From NCBI GenBank assembly GCA_031411295.1, contig JANOAV010000212.1, positions 32,001 to 96,000 of the forward strand: DNA of 64,000 nucleotides, read 5' to 3'. The stretch's first letter is position 1, and every line of letters starts with the position of its first letter. This DNA comes from Verrucomicrobiales bacterium. Lineage in GTDB: Bacteria > Verrucomicrobiota > Verrucomicrobiia > Verrucomicrobiales > V1-33. Under the pieces are notes generated by a model. That model saw nothing but the letters and a program-made list of their open reading frames with translations, was not told the origin of the DNA and did no database searches. The translations under genes were made by a program, and so were the position numbers. Shown piece by piece: positions 28,641-38,732 of this stretch.

Positions 28641-30041
28641 TCAAAATTTGATGATGTAATGGACTGAGGCGTTCTTGGGCCGAGTTTCTGTCGCGGCTCC
28701 TGGAGACTCTTGTGGAACATCTCCGGTATTACCGTTCAAACCGCTGATCGCGGAATACGGACCTCCACTAGCAATGTTACTCTGCGAACTACTTCCGATG
28801 GAAAGCGAGTGATTTCTCAATGAATCATTCTGAACAGAGCCAACCATATCGCCAGTGTTTCCGCCGCCTGCCATTGCTGTGCGGGACGCAGCACCCGAAT
28901 CTCGCCCTGAACCGCCATCGGCACCGCGAAGAAACCGACCCCGATAATCCGGTAATTGAAAAGTTGTGGTGCCATTCCCAGCACCATGGGCGATTCCTAT
29001 CGTCGCAAACAGTCCAGCATACGTCGAACGTGAAATCGCTGATCCATCACAAATCAACCAACCCGCTGGAGCAGTATTTCCTGCAAATGCAGACACCGTT
29101 CCTTTTGGTATCAGGGATTCCAGAATCGCAGGGGAGAGTTTAGAAATAGTAATGGCTCCATCCGATATTGTGGCTGCACTATATGCCTGCATCGCAAACG
29201 GCACCGCCAGCACCCGTTGTCTTGGAACTTGCGCGACGCCACCCACAGTCAATTCCAGCCATTGCTCCCCACCAGCGGCTAAAGCGCCCGAAATGCCACT
29301 TCCAGAGTAACGGTAGGTGGCAGTGATGGTTTGACCGACGCTGGGAGGGCTGGCGTAGCTGGCGGTGATGCTGCCAGTGGCGTAGGTGACCTGAAAGGGG
29401 ATGACGGGAGGTGCGATGGTGATGGTGGCACCTGTAGTATAGCCGCTTCCGGCGTTCGTGATGTTGATGGCTGTCACAGAACCACCGGAAATGGTAGCCG
29501 TAGCAGCGGCACCAGAACCGTTTCCTGTAATCGTGACAGTAGGGGCTGCGGTATAACCGGAACCTCCGCTGGTCACGGTAGCTCCAATGACAAAGCCGGA
29601 GATGACGTTGCTGGTGGCGGTGGCCGGAGCACCGGGGTTCCCTGTGGTTTCATTCCAACTGTAAGTGCCATCGGCCACGCTCACCGTGCCTGCGACCACT
29701 GGCGTGTAACTGAGCGCTTTCTGGAAGGTTTGCGTAGTTCCGTCCGTGATGGCGACGGTTTCGGAAACGAGGGTGGCGCTGGTTCCGGTGGCCCCAAACT
29801 GGAAGCCATAAACGCCGTTGGGATCGACTGTCACATTCCCCATGTTCTCCGAATAAAGCTGGGCACCCGCCGTGGCTGCATTGTAGATTTTGACGCTCAT
29901 GGCTTTCGTCCCCGGTTGTGGGACTCCAGCGGCGTTCGTTAGGCGTCCCTGGTAGTTGATGAGTGAGGGCACATCCGCAGGCGCAACCAGAGCGGTGACC
30001 TGCATGATGGCGAGGGCGGATAGGATTTGGATTGTTTTCAT
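28641..30041 (-). CDS. secreted protein with phage tail-collar domain
   Basis: Signal peptide, [15 protein letters not shown] repeats, PRQRV.AVPFA, collar motif [36 protein letters not shown]-terminal ETRP.N.SV.YIIK. Confidence 0.8.
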   Translation of the reverse strand: MKTIQILSALAIMQVTALVAPADVPSLINYQGRLTNAAGVPQPGTKAMSVKIYNAATAGAQLYSENMGNVTVDPNGVYGFQFGATGTSATLVSETVAITDGTTQTFQKALSYTPVVAGTVSVADGTYSWNETTGNPGAPATATSNVISGFVIGATVTSGGSGYTAAPTVTITGNGSGAAATATISGGSVTAINITNAGSGYTTGATITIAPPVIPFQVTYATGSITASYASPPSVGQTITATYRYSGSGISGALAAGGEQWLELTVGGVAQVPRQRVLAVPFAMQAYSAATISDGAITISKLSPAILESLIPKGTVSAFAGNTAPAGWLICDGSAISRSTYAGLFATIGIAHGAGNGTTTFQLPDYRGRFLRGADGGSGRDSGAASRTAMAGGGNTGDMVGSVQNDSLRNHSLSIGSSSQSNIASGGPYSAISGLNGNTGDVPQESPGAATETRPKNASVHYIIKF

Positions 30042-30063
30042 ATAATTACGGTGAAATTAAGAC

Positions 30064-30681
30064 TCAGGGAATGAAGACGGTAGTGCGGAAGAAGTAGCTG
30101 GAGGGGTGGATCGGGCTGTAGAGCGGGCCGGAGAGGATGGTGGTCTCGTCAAACGAGAACAGCTTCTGAGTGCCATCGCCTGAATAGGTAGTTTGTAGGA
30201 CCCAGTTCGTCAGATCGCGTGTGACCCAGACTTGGTAGTCCCGCCCAGAGACCGTAGGCAGCGGCAGATGGAAGATGCCGTTCGTGAGACTGCCCTCCGG
30301 ACGGAACAGGGAGGCGGAGTTGTTGGGATCAGTGCCCGCGAGGTATTCCATCAGATTACTGGTAGCATCGAAATCTGCGTCTGCCGCAGGATTGACCCAG
30401 TAGTTTCCGAAATGCGTGATCTCCCAACCATCAGGCAAGCCGTTCCCGCTGACGTCCGTGGTGGATGACGGGGTGATCGGATAGAGAACCTCGATCAAGC
30501 CTGGGTGATTTGTGTTGGATGCGCTTTGGGTGCCTACTGTCGCAAATGATTCACCAAAGGATGCGTGATTTGAGAACGCGCCGTTAGTGGATTTACCACC
30601 CCCGGAATCAATTTGGGCGAAGGCCAGAGCGGGAAGCCCGAGCAACGAGCAGGTAATGAAAATGCTAAGAACGGTGGACAT
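30064..30681 (-). CDS. secreted protein with TSP3-like Ca-binding motifs
   Basis: Signal peptide, IDSGGG.S, NGLPDGWE, DAD.D..SN.MEYLAGTDP, YQV..T.DL..W...YFFR tail. Confidence 0.7.
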   Translation of the reverse strand: MSTVLSIFITCSLLGLPALAFAQIDSGGGKSTNGAFSNHASFGESFATVGTQSASNTNHPGLIEVLYPITPSSTTDVSGNGLPDGWEITHFGNYWVNPAADADFDATSNLMEYLAGTDPNNSASLFRPEGSLTNGIFHLPLPTVSGRDYQVWVTRDLTNWVLQTTYSGDGTQKLFSFDETTILSGPLYSPIHPSSYFFRTTVFIP

Positions 30682-31178
30682 GAGGACGTTTTATGAGGAT
30701 TAGCTGCAGCTTTCAGGATGCCTGAGGGACCAATTCCGTATTAGAGATGGTCGCTTCTCATAAACTCTTATTTCTGAACGGCAAGGGAAACCCCGTCAAA
30801 AGTCCACCATAGCGCCTACAAAATAACGTTTAGTGCGGCCAAGGTTATTTATGTAACAAAAATATGGACGCTCGCAACTAAACTGGCTAGATCGCACAAA
30901 AATCCTGACCCGTTAATCTTTTGTTCCGCGTGTTGCATTCCCCTGCTTCATGCCATGAACCACCAGCCGTTCAGATTGTCGCTTTTAGAGGACACCGCAG
31001 CCATTCTCTCTGGCAGCGGCGGCGGGGAGATGTTGTTTTACGCCCGTTCCGGTTTGGGGGTTGCTGTAGCAGGGGCGCGCTCAAGACTGGGAAATTCCAA
31101 AACTACCTCAAGGATTTCCTCCATACGGGCTAGGTGCTTTACTTGGTGGTGCAACTGGAGTAAGTGCTATCAGGAGAT

Positions 31179-31598
31179 TTACGCTGCAGCTCCCAACCCG
31201 GTTGAATCGGGTGAGCTCGGGTGCTCCCGTGCCGAGGGTTGCTGCGGATTCCTAGCATTTAAATAGGCGATTCGACCGAACTCTGTGATTCCGTATGAAG
31301 CTGCAACAGGAAGGCCTCGCATTCTCCAAAATCGGGTAAATGTGGGCCGATAACCTTCTTGGGAGACTAAGTTGGCGATGATCAAACCACTTTCTACGGC
31401 GTGCCAGAAGACACGAGTGAATGCCCTTACTCCTTCGGGTCCATAAGCTCGAACCGCAGCCCGTAAAGCCTCTGGACTAAGCGGACCATTGCTATTGTGA
31501 AGCGGCTCCAATAAAGCAGCGATGGATTGGATCGACATGGCGGAGGAGTTGTTTTGCATTGTGTTCATAATTTGATTTGTGTTGGGATTTTGTCTCAT
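31179..31598 (-). CDS. hypothetical protein
   Basis: 139 aa ORF starting 4 nt after the upstream stop; no family recognised. Confidence 0.45.
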   Translation of the reverse strand: MRQNPNTNQIMNTMQNNSSAMSIQSIAALLEPLHNSNGPLSPEALRAAVRAYGPEGVRAFTRVFWHAVESGLIIANLVSQEGYRPTFTRFWRMRGLPVAASYGITEFGRIAYLNARNPQQPSAREHPSSPDSTGLGAAA

Positions 31599-31602
31599 TT
31601 TT

Positions 31603-32040
31603 CTAGTTGTGCTGAGTTTGGTTTCGAAGGCGGCCCCGAAGTTCGGAGGCTACGGATGCCACCACGAGGATGGTGATTTGGATCTCCTCGGCAGTGGCGT
31701 GGGCCGAAATGCACATAGAGAAGATCGCCATTTCCAATTGCCCGCAGGTCGTTAACGCCCAGGACCCTTGCGAGTGCTCAGAATTTTCCCTTAGCAGAGT
31801 CCGCATCAGTTGTGCGCCCCACCAAGGTTCTTCGTTATTCGTCCCTGCGGTATAGACACACCGGAAATCATCCTGCCTGAATCCATGTAATTGCGGTCCA
31901 AGCACGACAGGTTGTGGGCTCGAATTCTCAATATTGATAATCACGGCGTGGCTACCGTCATCAAGGATTTCGTATTCGAAGCCGGCTAGGTCTAGGGCTT
32001 GCGTAACTCTGGTGTCTGACTGGAAGGACCTTATGTTCAT
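31603..32040 (-). CDS. hypothetical protein, possible YbjN/CesT-like fold
   Basis: 145 aa; LD..GF.YEI.DDG, LLREN....GSW pattern. Confidence 0.45.
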   Translation of the reverse strand: MNIRSFQSDTRVTQALDLAGFEYEILDDGSHAVIINIENSSPQPVVLGPQLHGFRQDDFRCVYTAGTNNEEPWWGAQLMRTLLRENSEHSQGSWALTTCGQLEMAIFSMCISAHATAEEIQITILVVASVASELRGRLRNQTQHN

Positions 32041-32240
32041 GATAACTAGTTGGTGATGGGTTGTTTGAAATATCTGTAAGTCATTCACAATAAGCGAGTT
32101 ATGAGATTTGTCAATCACTGGATTAAAATATCATTAAAATTATTTTTTGGAGCACGAGGAACTGAATTGGGATTTTAAGTCGGTGGGGCGGAACAGTCTC
32201 TCTCTGTAGTCCCCAAAAGGCACCTCTCCTCGACCGTGAT

Positions 32241-32296
32241 TGGTTTTAGATTTTATTTTAGATTTTACTTAAAAGTTAAAAGTAAAAGTCCAAACC
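32241..32296. repeat. AT-rich short tandem repeats in inverted arrangement (imperfect hairpin)
   Basis: TTTTAGA-TTTTA-TTTTAGA-TTTTAC followed by three AAAAGT units. Confidence 0.4.
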
Positions 32297-32532
32297 CCAG
32301 TTAGGTCAGATGCATTGCCACACCGACGCCTTGCGTTACTGCTCTCAATGAAGTTTCCCCGATGACAGACAACACGGGTGACAACTCTTGGAGAATCGTG
32401 TTCTATTCCAGTGCGAATGCAGCCGCATAAGAACCCAAAAATCTCAAAACCCAGAGTTTCCCGCTGGGCTGCCCACATGGAAGCCAAGGTTCGGGAGCCA
32501 CTACGCGGTGGGAGCAGGATTCCCCTTCCCCT

Positions 32533-33381
32533 TCAGGGCCGTTTATCCTCTTGGAAACGGAATGGCACGGCCCCCGTAATGGCCGTGCTGGTGATGCTGG
32601 GGCACCAGTGGCGTTCCACGTGGCCGATGATCAAGTCGTGCCCGGTAAAGTGATCCACGCCGGGCGGCCGTTCCGGATTATACATGGAATCCGTCATGTC
32701 CCGCATGAACACCACGCTCTTTCCCAGATACGTCTGCTGGCGGATGCCAAATGGGCGGCCCAAGACACACATATTGAGGTGGACGCCGCACAGGATCACA
32801 TTATCGATGCCGCGAGCGGCCAGCAGATTCCACGTTTCCTGGCCATTGTCCGTGAGGGCATCCGCCTCCTTGAGTTCGATGAGCCGGTGCTGGCGTTTCC
32901 ACGGTGGGACGATCTCACATTTGGTCCCGCTGCAGGAGCATCCCATGTCGCTGTCGTCCACGGGCAATACGGCCTCGTGTTTGGGGTCCGTCCAGCACCA
33001 GGCGGTGCCCCAGCGCGGGGCGGTGGCAAGGGGAACGGGGGTTTTGACGAAGGGGGCGGCTTGGGCGAGTTTCCGCTGCGGGGTGCCGGCGTAGAAATCT
33101 GTCACGCTGCTGGGGGCATGAATGACGAAAATCCCCTTTTCCCGGGCGGTTTTCAGCATCGCATTCATGGGGCCGGCCAACTCGGTGACGCGGCGGGCCG
33201 CACTTTTGCACCAGTGGTCATCCCACATATCGCACACGATGATGGCAGTTTTCCCGGCTTCCCAAGTGGCGGATTTTTCGGAGATCTTCCCTTCGACTTT
33301 GTCACGGGAGCGCAGCGTGAGGGAGAGTGGCCCGGCGAGCAGACTGGTGGTCATGGTAAAAAGAAGGATCAGGATTCGCAT
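32533..33381 (-). CDS. exported isochorismatase/cysteine hydrolase family protein
   Basis: TAIIVCDMW, VIHAP, GVHLNMCV, RDMTD; signal peptide MRILILLF. Confidence 0.8.
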   Translation of the reverse strand: MRILILLFTMTTSLLAGPLSLTLRSRDKVEGKISEKSATWEAGKTAIIVCDMWDDHWCKSAARRVTELAGPMNAMLKTAREKGIFVIHAPSSVTDFYAGTPQRKLAQAAPFVKTPVPLATAPRWGTAWCWTDPKHEAVLPVDDSDMGCSCSGTKCEIVPPWKRQHRLIELKEADALTDNGQETWNLLAARGIDNVILCGVHLNMCVLGRPFGIRQQTYLGKSVVFMRDMTDSMYNPERPPGVDHFTGHDLIIGHVERHWCPSITSTAITGAVPFRFQEDKRP

Positions 33382-33493
33382 GCGGACTTCATAGCGGGGA
33401 AAACGGCGGGGAACAAGGGATCCGGTGAAGTGGGACGTCACAAAAACGCGGGTTGGGGGAGCGGGGCAGGGGAAAACAGAAACATCCTGAAGG

Positions 33494-33786
33494 AGGCTGA
33501 CTGGCTTGACCCGCATGGAATTCGACGGGGAACTTGGAGCCCGGGACATCCCCATGCATTACGGTGTCGAGGAGTTGAAAGAGGGTTTGGCCTATGGTAG
33601 TCATCAGTGATACCACGCCATTATCCGCCATGGCAAAGCTGGGCTGGTTGGAGTGGCTAAGGGAACGGTGGAAGGTGGTGATGGTGCCGCAGGAAGTTTG
33701 GGATGAATTGGAAAAAATAGGTGACGAGACGGCATGGAACGTCTGCTCTCAGCCCGAAGCGCAAATTGGCTGCGAGTAACCGTGGC
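33494..33786 (+). pseudogene. remnant copy of UPF0175/DUF3368 pair (3' of UPF0175, 5' of DUF3368 with 1-nt deletion)
   Basis: Colinear with 36345-36638; GGAACGTCTG vs GGAACCGTCTG frameshift. Confidence 0.8.
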
Positions 33787-34160
33787 GGAGAGACGGAGGC
33801 GTCCAATGACAATGAGATTCCATTTCCTGCGAGCGTGCCAAAGAATCAATGCTGCAATTGGCGGTCTTGGAGGGATGCCAGTATGGCCCCTGAGCAAGCA
33901 CGCTTGGCGCGGGCGTGCGCCACGGGCATTCCTTCAGGAATGCGTTACGGCCATCAATGAAACCCGGGGTATCGTTCGTCCCGCGCCCAAGCCGCGCTCG
34001 TCTCTGCGTCCCCGGCCGGGGACTTCGAAGGTATTTCCAGGGCTGAGCTTCATCAGACCAAAGCAGCGCACTGGGACCGCTGCAGAATGGGGCCTCTGGG
34101 GTCTCCGTTGGTTCTTTGGCAGTTGCGCCTGACTCTGGTCGCTACCGCGCAGATCTTCAA

Positions 34161-34285
34161 CAAGTGACAGCATTGGTATATTATGAAATGTGTCGTTTGA
34201 GAAACACACCGCTGCACACTTTGGTGAATTTTGGGACATCGTGAAAAAATAATTGGCAAGTGACACGATTGGTATATTATGGAAT
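34161..34285. repeat. 29-bp direct repeat (26/29 identical), second copy abutting the ATPase start codon
   Basis: CAAGTGACAGCATTGGTATATTATGAAAT (34161-34189) / CAAGTGACACGATTGGTATATTATGGAAT (34257-34285). Confidence 0.7.
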
Positions 34286-35731
34286 ATGTTACTTACATCC
34301 GATCCCCCATCCATCGTCGAACCCTTCATCAATCGACAAGCGGATTTGAAAATCCTCGACGAGATTCATGCGCGGCGGGGAGCGCAATTCTTGGTGGTCT
34401 ATGGGCGACGGCGGATTGGTAAGACCGCGCTGCTGAACCACTGGTTGCGGGGTCGAGCCAAGAAGCTGCAACGACGGGGGTTCTACTGGGTATCGCATCG
34501 GGCCACCGCAGAGATTCTGCTGGCCAGTTTTTCTGAGGCGTTGGCCTCCTGCCTGGGTCAAGCGATATCCGGTCGCATCCGCTTTGGCTCATGGGAAGAA
34601 GCCTTCCAACAAATGTTCGCCCTGGCCAAAAAGGAATCGCTCACGGTCATCATTGATGAATTCCCCTACTTGGTGGAATGCGTTCCGGGGATTGCCTCGT
34701 TACTGCAGAAATTGTGGGATGCGGGCAAAGCCGGATCCCAGTTGCGGCTGATCCTGTGCGGCTCCCAGTATCAAATGATGCATGCGTAGTTCTTCACCCC
34801 CAAGCAACCGCTCTACGGACGAGCGACGGCATCGCTGTTAGTGGAGGAGATTCCACCACAGAACCTGCGCGAGTTCCTGCCACGCTACAGCGAGGTGCAG
34901 ACGGTCGAGACCTTTAGCGTCATCGGTGGTGTCCCCAAATATCTGGAACTCTGGAATGACCGCGCACCGGTGTTAGACAACATTCGAGACCTCTTGCTTT
35001 CACCTGCGTCCGTTTTTCGGCATGAGGCATTATTTCTTATCCACGACGAAATTGCGGAACCGCGCACCTGCCTGGGCGTGCTGGAGGCCATTGGCGGCGG
35101 ATTGCGCACGCCGGTGCAAATCAGCAAAGTGACCGGCCTGCCGATCACGCATGTGGGAAAATACCTCCATCAGTTACTGGCCCTCAAAATGGTGCGGCGG
35201 GTGCAGTCGGTCGAAGCCCCGGATCCTACACAGACCCGGCTGAGCCGCTATGAAATCACGGATCCCTTCCTGCGCTTCCACTTCGAGTTCATGCATCCGC
35301 ATCCCGACTTGATCGAAACCAAGCGCATTGGCCGACTCATGGAAATCATTACTTCCCGGTTCGAAGCTTACGTTGGCAAGTCCGGTTATGAAGAACTGGC
35401 CCGGCGTTATCTTACGGGCTTGGGAGATACTGGTAAACTGTCCTTTACTCCACGCATGGTTGGCCGGGCGTGGTGCACGGGAGCAGAGGTTGATGTTTTC
35501 GCCACCGATCCCAAGTCGCAGAGCGCCCTGCTAGGAGAATGCAAATGGACGACCCGCAAGGTAGATGTGGACGTGCTGGCGTCCTTGGAGGCCAAGGCGG
35601 CCGCATTCCCACGATTAGCGCGCTGGAAAAAGCATTTCGCAATTTTCAGCCGCAGTGGATTCACCGCAGCCCTCAAGCGTGAGGCTGCGCAGCGTCAAGT
35701 TATGCTGATGGAAGGCACGTTGCTGGAATAA
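34286..35731 (+). pseudogene. archaeal-type ATPase + wHTH + DUF234-like nuclease, interrupted by in-frame TAG at 34787-34789
   Basis: YGRRRIGKT, IIDEFPYL, LCGS...MMHA*FF.PKQPLYGR, GGVPKYL, DPF.RF, EVDV...GECKW; both ORFs in the same frame. Confidence 0.8.
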
Positions 35732-35784
35732 ACCTTCACCTGCGCCTATTCAAAGCCAAGCTGAGACCTTGAAAGGATCCCCCA

Positions 35785-36063
35785 ATGAAAAACCGTGCGT
35801 CTACCGCCGTTGCGTTGATCGTCTTCCTTTACCTGCTGGGGTATTTGGTCCCAAGCTTTGCCATCCGTTCGTGGCATAGGCCTGGCCCCTTGGTGGTTTA
35901 TGGAATGGGCTTTCGTGGTGCCAGCGCACCTGTGTTTCCGGCACCACAGTTTGCTATTTGGTATGACAAAGCCTATCACCCCCTGCAAATGCTGGACCGC
36001 ATGCTGACCGATCAATGGTGCTCTCCGAATCGGTTCGACACGGTGAATGATTACCGTTTCTAG
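35785..36063 (+). CDS. small membrane/secreted hypothetical protein
   Basis: 92 aa, N-terminal hydrophobic helix; a diverged partial copy exists at 42874-43035. Confidence 0.55.
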   Translation: MKNRASTAVALIVFLYLLGYLVPSFAIRSWHRPGPLVVYGMGFRGASAPVFPAPQFAIWYDKAYHPLQMLDRMLTDQWCSPNRFDTVNDYRF

Positions 36064-36206
36064 CCAGCATCCAGTGGTTTGCTTAACGAATCCCCATGGG
36101 GCTTAAGTGGGGTCGGATCGACGGCTGCAACTTTTCGACTGGAAGCAGATCTTGGTTGGCTCAAAATTGCGTGTTACTGGAAGCGACGGACGCGGTAGAA
36201 TTCAAG

Positions 36207-36461
36207 ATGATCATGGACTTGGAAATACCGGATGATTTAGCGGAATCTTTTCCGACTGAAGTAAATGCCAGACAACGCAGGGTGTTGCTGGAATTGGCGT
36301 GTGGAATGTATGCGGCCCACAAGTTGACGCTGGCCCAAGGAGCCAGGCTGGCTGGCTTGACCCGTATGGAATTCGATGGGGAACTTGGAGTCCGGGACAT
36401 CCCAATGCATTATGGTGTCGAGGAGTGGAAGGAGGATTTGGCCGATGGTAGTCGTCAGTGA
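36207..36461 (+). CDS. UPF0175 family protein (putative antitoxin)
   Basis: LELA..MY....LTL.QGARLAGL.R.EF...L..R.IP.HY..E....DL. Confidence 0.85.
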   Translation: MIMDLEIPDDLAESFPTEVNARQRRVLLELACGMYAAHKLTLAQGARLAGLTRMEFDGELGVRDIPMHYGVEEWKEDLADGSRQ

Positions 36462-36882
36462 CACCTCGCCATTATCCGCCATGGCAAAGCTGGGCTGGTT
36501 GGACTGGCTAAGGGAACGATGGAAGGTGGTGATGATGCCACAGGAAGTATGGGATGAACTGGAAAAAATAGGTGACGAGGTGGCATGGAACCGTCTGCTC
36601 TCAGCCCGAAGCGCAAATTGGCTGCGAGTAGCAGTGGCACCTAACTCTGACCGCACGCCCCCGGAACTATCAAAATTAGACCCTGGGGAAATTGCAGCAA
36701 TCTTATTGGCGTTAGGTTTGGGCGCGGAGCGCATGGGTGCCACTGCTGGGGAAATTGCATCGCAACGGCGGCGGGACGCACGCCGCTCCCAGTGGGTTGT
36801 ATCGCCACGCTTTTACGACTGCTCGCTGATTTTCAAAGTCTTTACTCACTGGGGTCAGTTGGATCAGTTCATTTTATTGTGA
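36445..36882 (+). pseudogene. DUF3368 (PIN-like) gene, probably internally deleted/frameshifted
   Basis: VVSDTSPL, P.EV..EL, LDPGE..AI.LA present; expected DE..GR / G.LG segment absent, family-like VPLL.KL appears in another frame. Confidence 0.65.
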
Positions 36883-36999
36883 CTCGATTAAATTGTTCCT
36901 AATCAGCGTAACGCTTGGCTCGGGATGGCGCAGATGATGGTGAGACAAATTTTATTACACCCGTTCATTGCCCGCCGTGAAATCATCCTTTTCGTTTTT

Positions 37000-37554
37000 A
37001 TGAGTAATTCAATCCCACCGAGTCCGCCTCCGCCACCCATCCCTGTAGGATTCAGCGCCAGCACGTGGTGGCGACAGGGCACCGCTTGCAAGGTCCTGGT
37101 GGTTTGTGTTGGGCTGATCCTGCTCATGCTGTTCCAACCATGGGATTTCGGAGTGGCGGGTTCCTATACCACGGAGCCGGGCATCGGCAGCCGGACGTAT
37201 GAAGTCTGGAGTGTGCAAGCCAGTGGAACGGCCAACGCTTTCGCGCAGCACGAAGGATGGATTCCACTGATCTGCCTCGCATTGATCCTTTATTTTTGCG
37301 GCCAGGTGCGACGCGATCTGGGCGGTCGGGTCTGGATTCCATTTTGGGCTGCCCTAGTGCTCCTGCTCTGCGCCATGGATGCCTTCCGCACGCAAAGCCA
37401 TCAGGTGGACGCCTGGCTTGCGGGCTTTGACATCAATCATCGACCGCAGGCGCAAATTCCTGCCGCCATTTATTGGACCAATATTTTCGGCCTGATCATG
37501 GCCGTTGCGGGCTGGCGGTTCGCCAAATCAGCAGCCATTACGACGTCACCATGA
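37000..37554 (+). CDS. hypothetical membrane protein
   Basis: Pro-rich N-terminus, about 4 TM segments; ATGA overlap with next gene. Confidence 0.6.
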   Translation: MSNSIPPSPPPPPIPVGFSASTWWRQGTACKVLVVCVGLILLMLFQPWDFGVAGSYTTEPGIGSRTYEVWSVQASGTANAFAQHEGWIPLICLALILYFCGQVRRDLGGRVWIPFWAALVLLLCAMDAFRTQSHQVDAWLAGFDINHRPQAQIPAAIYWTNIFGLIMAVAGWRFAKSAAITTSP

Positions 37555-38210
37555 ATCCAATTTCTGTAAAATATGCCGTGCCCAATCGGCAGGTCTGGAT
37601 GCTGCTCGGAACTGCCATGCTGTTCGTGTGCGGAGTCGTTTTCGCAGCGCTGACGGATCCTCCGCTCTGGGGCATAGCCTTGGGCGCGGGTTGCTTGGGG
37701 GGATGCATTTGGCTCGCCATCCGCCATATCTACGGGCGCGGGGAACTCAGTTTTACGGACCAAGGATTGCAAATCATTTCCCAGCGCCCGGCACTCTGTG
37801 CTAGCAATGGTCCGTTGCAAATTGCGTGGGTGGACTGTTTAAACCTGCAATCTGGCCGGGACGATGCCACCCAACCCGATCCTTATGTGATGATAAAAAC
37901 CCGGTCACCCAAGCGCACGTGGATTCTGATTCCCTTGTCCCCGGACCATGCGGACCTCGGGCAGGAAATCCAGCGTTTGGCCAATGCGCATCGCGTTGCG
38001 ATGGCGGAACCACCGCTCGAACTCATTGATGCCATGTCCTCCATCGGTTGGAAAATTGTCACGGTAGCCGCGCTGGTGGTTGGTCTGCTCTGCCTCGTTG
38101 GGCTCATTGCCACGGGCCAATCTTCAGATCTCAGCCTGTGGGGTGCTACGGTGACACTAAACGGACTTGCCATCAGCCTCTGGCCCCGGGTATTTCAGAA
38201 AGCGAAATAA
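37551..38210 (+). CDS. hypothetical membrane protein (2 TM - PH-like soluble part - 2 TM)
   Basis: Hydrophobic pairs at both ends; L.FT..GL.I...I.W pattern. Confidence 0.55.
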   Translation: MNPISVKYAVPNRQVWMLLGTAMLFVCGVVFAALTDPPLWGIALGAGCLGGCIWLAIRHIYGRGELSFTDQGLQIISQRPALCASNGPLQIAWVDCLNLQSGRDDATQPDPYVMIKTRSPKRTWILIPLSPDHADLGQEIQRLANAHRVAMAEPPLELIDAMSSIGWKIVTVAALVVGLLCLVGLIATGQSSDLSLWGATVTLNGLAISLWPRVFQKAK

Positions 38211-38244
38211 CCCCTGAACCACCATTGCCTAATCACGAAACATC

Positions 38245-38607
38245 ATGCCACGACACGCGCGCATTACCATTGCTGTGAAAGGCTGGACTGGTTGGTCTGT
38301 CGAACAACCGGCCACGAAATCCGTCGAACTAACCGTGTCGGCCGGACAGGCGCTGACGCCTGCCACGGTCGGCATTGAAAGCTTTCCCTACACCTTGTTC
38401 GTCGAATCCGTGGGGGCGCAGCACATCATGGTGACTTATGGCCGCATGGTCATGATGAACCACGACGGAACGATCAATCTGAGCGCCCCGACCCGGGGGC
38501 GGTGCCTCATCAAGGTCGGGTGTTGCCTGAAACTTGCGTCCCCGACGATGGACGCGGGAACCACGATTTCGGTCACGCTAAGTGCCGTTGAGGAAACCAT
38601 GCTTTGA
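38245..38607 (+). CDS. hypothetical protein
   Basis: 120 aa beta-rich ORF in the same orientation. Confidence 0.5.
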   Translation: MPRHARITIAVKGWTGWSVEQPATKSVELTVSAGQALTPATVGIESFPYTLFVESVGAQHIMVTYGRMVMMNHDGTINLSAPTRGRCLIKVGCCLKLASPTMDAGTTISVTLSAVEETML

Positions 38608-38732
38608 AATTTGCAATGACGGAAACTTTTTTAGTGTCGGCCCGTAACGCACAGCAAAATAAAGCGCAGAAGGAAAGGTAACCCAGAATTTTTCCGACCT
38701 CTGGACCTGCTCAACATCCAACCAAATGACTT

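Noticed and set aside
28641..30041. Prophage
   Set aside because: Only a tail-collar domain with a signal peptide; no other phage genes
34161..34285. Mini CRISPR array
   Set aside because: Only two imperfect repeats, 67-nt spacer, non-palindromic, no cas genes
34787..34789. Pyrrolysine or alternative genetic code at TAG
   Set aside because: TAG is a normal stop for other genes here (e.g. tatA, ispG, yebC); no pyl genes visible
36639..36717. ACCTAAC...GTTAGGT perfect attC core pair
   Set aside because: Lies within DUF3368 coding motifs and lacks internal complementarity
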